Positions 63,714 to 64,000 of a stretch of DNA of 64,000 nucleotides are shown here, in pieces. Source of the stretch: Eledone cirrhosa. Lineage: Eukaryota. The stretch is from NCBI GenBank assembly GCA_964016885.1, contig OZ024748.1:37262001-37326000 (forward strand). The letters run 5' to 3'. Position numbers and translations under genes: made by a program. Position 1 is the first letter of the stretch; each line of letters opens with the position of its first letter. Under the pieces are notes generated by a model that made no database searches, was not told where the DNA came from, and saw only the letters and a list, made by a program, of their open reading frames with translations.

Positions 63714-64000
63714 TAGATCTAGTATGACAATGTCAGTGTCAGTGTTAACTACCTCTAGATCTAGTATGACAATGTTAGTGTCAGTGTTAACTACCTCTAG
63801 ATCTAGTGTGACAATGTCAGTGTCAGTGTTAACTACCTCTAGATCTAGTATGACAATGTTAGTGTCAGTGTTAACTATCTCTAGATCTAGTGTGACAATG
63901 TTAGTGTCAGTGTTAACTACCTCTAGATATAGTATGACAATGTCAGTGTCAGTGTTAACTACCTCTCGATCTAGTATGACAATGTCAGTGTCAGTGATAA

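Larger units (their letters stand above)
1..64000. repeat. Tandem array (satellite/minisatellite) of a 42-bp monomer, about 1529 copies, head-to-tail, truncated by both window edges
   Basis: Seen directly: the unit tcagtgttaactacctctagatctagtatgacaatgt(c/t)agtg recurs without interruption. Positions 1 and 63991 are in the same monomer phase, and (63990 + 228 deleted bp)/42 = 1529. Common variants are tca/tta, atg/gtg, tct/act and tct/tat. Confidence 0.99.

Noticed and set aside
1-64000. CRISPR array
   Set aside because: Units are partly palindromic and of similar size to CRISPR repeats, but they abut directly with no unique spacers, leader or cas genes.
1-64000. Synthetic construct or concatemer artefact, suggested by HpaI, XbaI and BglII sites in each unit
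   Set aside because: Hierarchically shared variants and nested duplications with private mutations indicate an evolutionary history. Local misassembly of individual duplications remains possible.
1-64000. Embedded transposon, inversion, tRNA/rRNA or tandem ncRNA gene cluster
   Set aside because: No non-monomer sequence or orientation switch was seen, monomer phase is accounted for end to end, and the unit resembles no structured RNA I recognise.
1-64000. Assignment to a named satellite family, species or centromere
   Set aside because: I do not recognise the monomer. This needs a BLAST, Dfam or Repbase search and CENP-A/CENH3 data, which I cannot run.

Overview
The whole 64 kb window is one uninterrupted, single-orientation tandem array (satellite or very long minisatellite) of a 42-bp monomer, consensus TCAGTG TTAACT ACCTCT AGATCT AGTATG ACAATG TYAGTG (about 38% GC, no CpG in the consensus). 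I count 34 shortened 36-bp monomers plus three one-off deletions of 6, 12 and 6 bp. With these, phase arithmetic gives 1529 monomers plus 10 bp. I found no unique sequence, gene, RNA gene, transposon or CRISPR spacer, and both array ends lie outside the window. The readable structure is in the order of monomer variants: nested higher-order duplications of about 0.67, 1.5, 2.1, 3.1, 3.2-3.4 and 5.1-5.5 kb, a copy of about 12 kb or more displaced by 20,370/18,276 bp, an island of diverged monomers near 15-16.3 kb, and regionally restricted variants. One frame on each strand stays open for very long stretches (up to 14,622 codons on the minus strand). The codon make-up of the monomer explains this without selection, so I treat the ORFs as probably non-coding but worth one direct test. 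The source organism cannot be identified from the sequence, though a eukaryote is most likely. I cannot support a claim of a novel biological system beyond an unusual, finely resolved repeat array.
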